Positions 62,717 to 64,000 of a stretch of 64,000 nucleotides of DNA are shown in pieces (within the stretch, counting starts at the first letter, position 1; each line of letters opens with the position of its first letter). The DNA is from Chiloscyllium plagiosum. Taxonomy: Eukaryota. The notes beneath the pieces are model-generated. The model saw only the letters and a list, made by a program, of their open reading frames with translations. It ran no database searches and was not told the origin of the DNA. The position numbers and the translations under genes are program-made. Location: positions 57,320,323-57,384,322 of the forward strand of contig NC_057725.1 in assembly GCF_004010195.1 (NCBI RefSeq), in the 5' to 3' direction.

Positions 62717-62959
62717 AACTGTTCTGAGTTGTGCAGCGTGCCCTCTTTTATTTGGAAAGGCTTGGTTTAGCCTGCTTTTGTTCAAGAAGCGCAATAATCG
62801 ATAAAATCTTGCATTTACGTAGATCTTTGTGCATTGAAAAATGTTCCAAAATGTCCCATTGAGACGCTAAAACAAAAACCGTGCACTTTTAATCAACTTG
62901 TATCTTTAATTAAAGGGACATGGTTCATTGTAGAAAAGCTTTAGCGGGTTTCGTCTTTT

Positions 62960-63135
62960 CCCTGAATTTGCAAACAATCTGGTGTAATTTGCATAATGTC
63001 AATGCATGAGAGCGCAGGGTGTAACATGATGCCATAATGACACTGTAATTATGCAAATTAATTCATTAGATGGTTTTGTTTGCAAACATAGAAAGAAGTT
63101 TGCTAAGCCCTTTCCCATGAAGACAATGGCCCTTT
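62960..63135. promoter_or_regulatory. Candidate POU/SOX enhancer
   Basis: Inverted 13-bp pair TAATTTGCATAAT (62985-62997) / ATTATGCAAATTA (63048-63060); AACAAT, ACAATGG and GCAAACA nearby; motif evidence only. Confidence 0.4.
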
Positions 63136-63714
63136 AAAGACTTCTCCAGTGCCCCCACCAGAGAGCGGGGTACCAGCTTCACCTGAACAAGTAAACTCTG
63201 GTCTGAATGGCTTGGCCACTGGGTGGGGGAAACGCAAGGATCTGCTGCTGTTTTTGTACTACAATGTCAATAATAATTCCAGCTGTATGTAAAAGCTCAG
63301 ACAAGCTGAACTGGGCATTTTGGAAATGTGTTTTCCTGGCATGTAATTAAACTATTAAAAGCCTCACAAATATATAGTCAGCAGATTACTGTTTACATTC
63401 AAACTATTCTGGTCTTTCAGATTTGCCCATTGGATGCAATGGTTTGTATTGTTTGCAGTAAATAGTTTGTATACTGGCTGACTGACAGTGCAGACGCTGT
63501 GAAAGGGCCTGTATGCCGTTACTGTCAGGGCTGCACAGAGCACATAATGTTCCATCTCTACGGCATCTCTCGTCTGCTTCCTGTGTTTACATGGCTTTAG
63601 AGCATGAGTGAGTGAACTGAAGAGAATCATATTCAGGTGGGGCATTTTCAATTGAGTGGCAAAGAGCAAAAAGCAGTCTTCAGTCTCAGGAATATTAGAG
63701 TTCACAGCATGTAC

Positions 63715-64000
63715 ACTCTCACAATCATGCAGACACACACACAATCTCTCACAATGCCATACTCACGCAATCCTGCACACACACACACCATGTCTCTCAC
63801 ACACACAATGTCTCTCACACCCACAATCTCTCACACACACACCCGCTCCCACTCTTACACACTCTGCCACTTGCACACACACATTCTCTCTCATTCTCAC
63901 CCACTCTGCCACTCACACACACACACTCACACTCGGCCACTCTCTCTCTCACACACACACACTCACACACTCTCACACACTCTCCCACTTTCACACACAA
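63715..64000. repeat. Compound (CA)n/(CT)n low-complexity repeat
   Basis: Seen directly; runs off the window end. Confidence 0.95.

Noticed and set aside
904-64000. ORF-track entries as host genes
   Set aside because: Those with recognisable motifs are LINE fragments or SINE read-throughs (e.g. recurring EHPEETHADTGRMCKLH); the rest are short and unrecognised, with no coherent exon chain.

Overview
Eukaryotic, repeat-rich, apparently non-coding (intergenic or deep intronic) DNA. The repeat content points to a cartilaginous fish, most likely a shark: HE1-type V-SINEs, many 5'-truncated CR1/HER1-like LINEs, Deu-domain SINEs, L2, Rex1/Babar, RTE and LTR relics. I recognise no host protein-coding exon; every ORF with identifiable protein motifs is a retroelement fragment. 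The most interesting signal is a set of about 10 short insertions from at least 3 families that carry minimal type-I hammerhead ribozyme cores (CUGANGA-stemII-GAAA with a palindromic loop-less stem III, as described for Penelope-like elements). Most have 6-14 bp target-site duplications, and most are fold-back palindromes whose axis lies at or just upstream of the ribozyme. Also notable: a cluster of seven tRNA-like elements in 1.8 kb, a 28/29-bp CCAAT-box tandem array, a 16/32-bp minisatellite spanning a 390-N gap, an old ~300-bp local duplication, and TE-free islands with inverted octamer/SOX or RUNX/E-box motif clusters. All calls were made by eye, so coordinates are approximate and family names need database confirmation.
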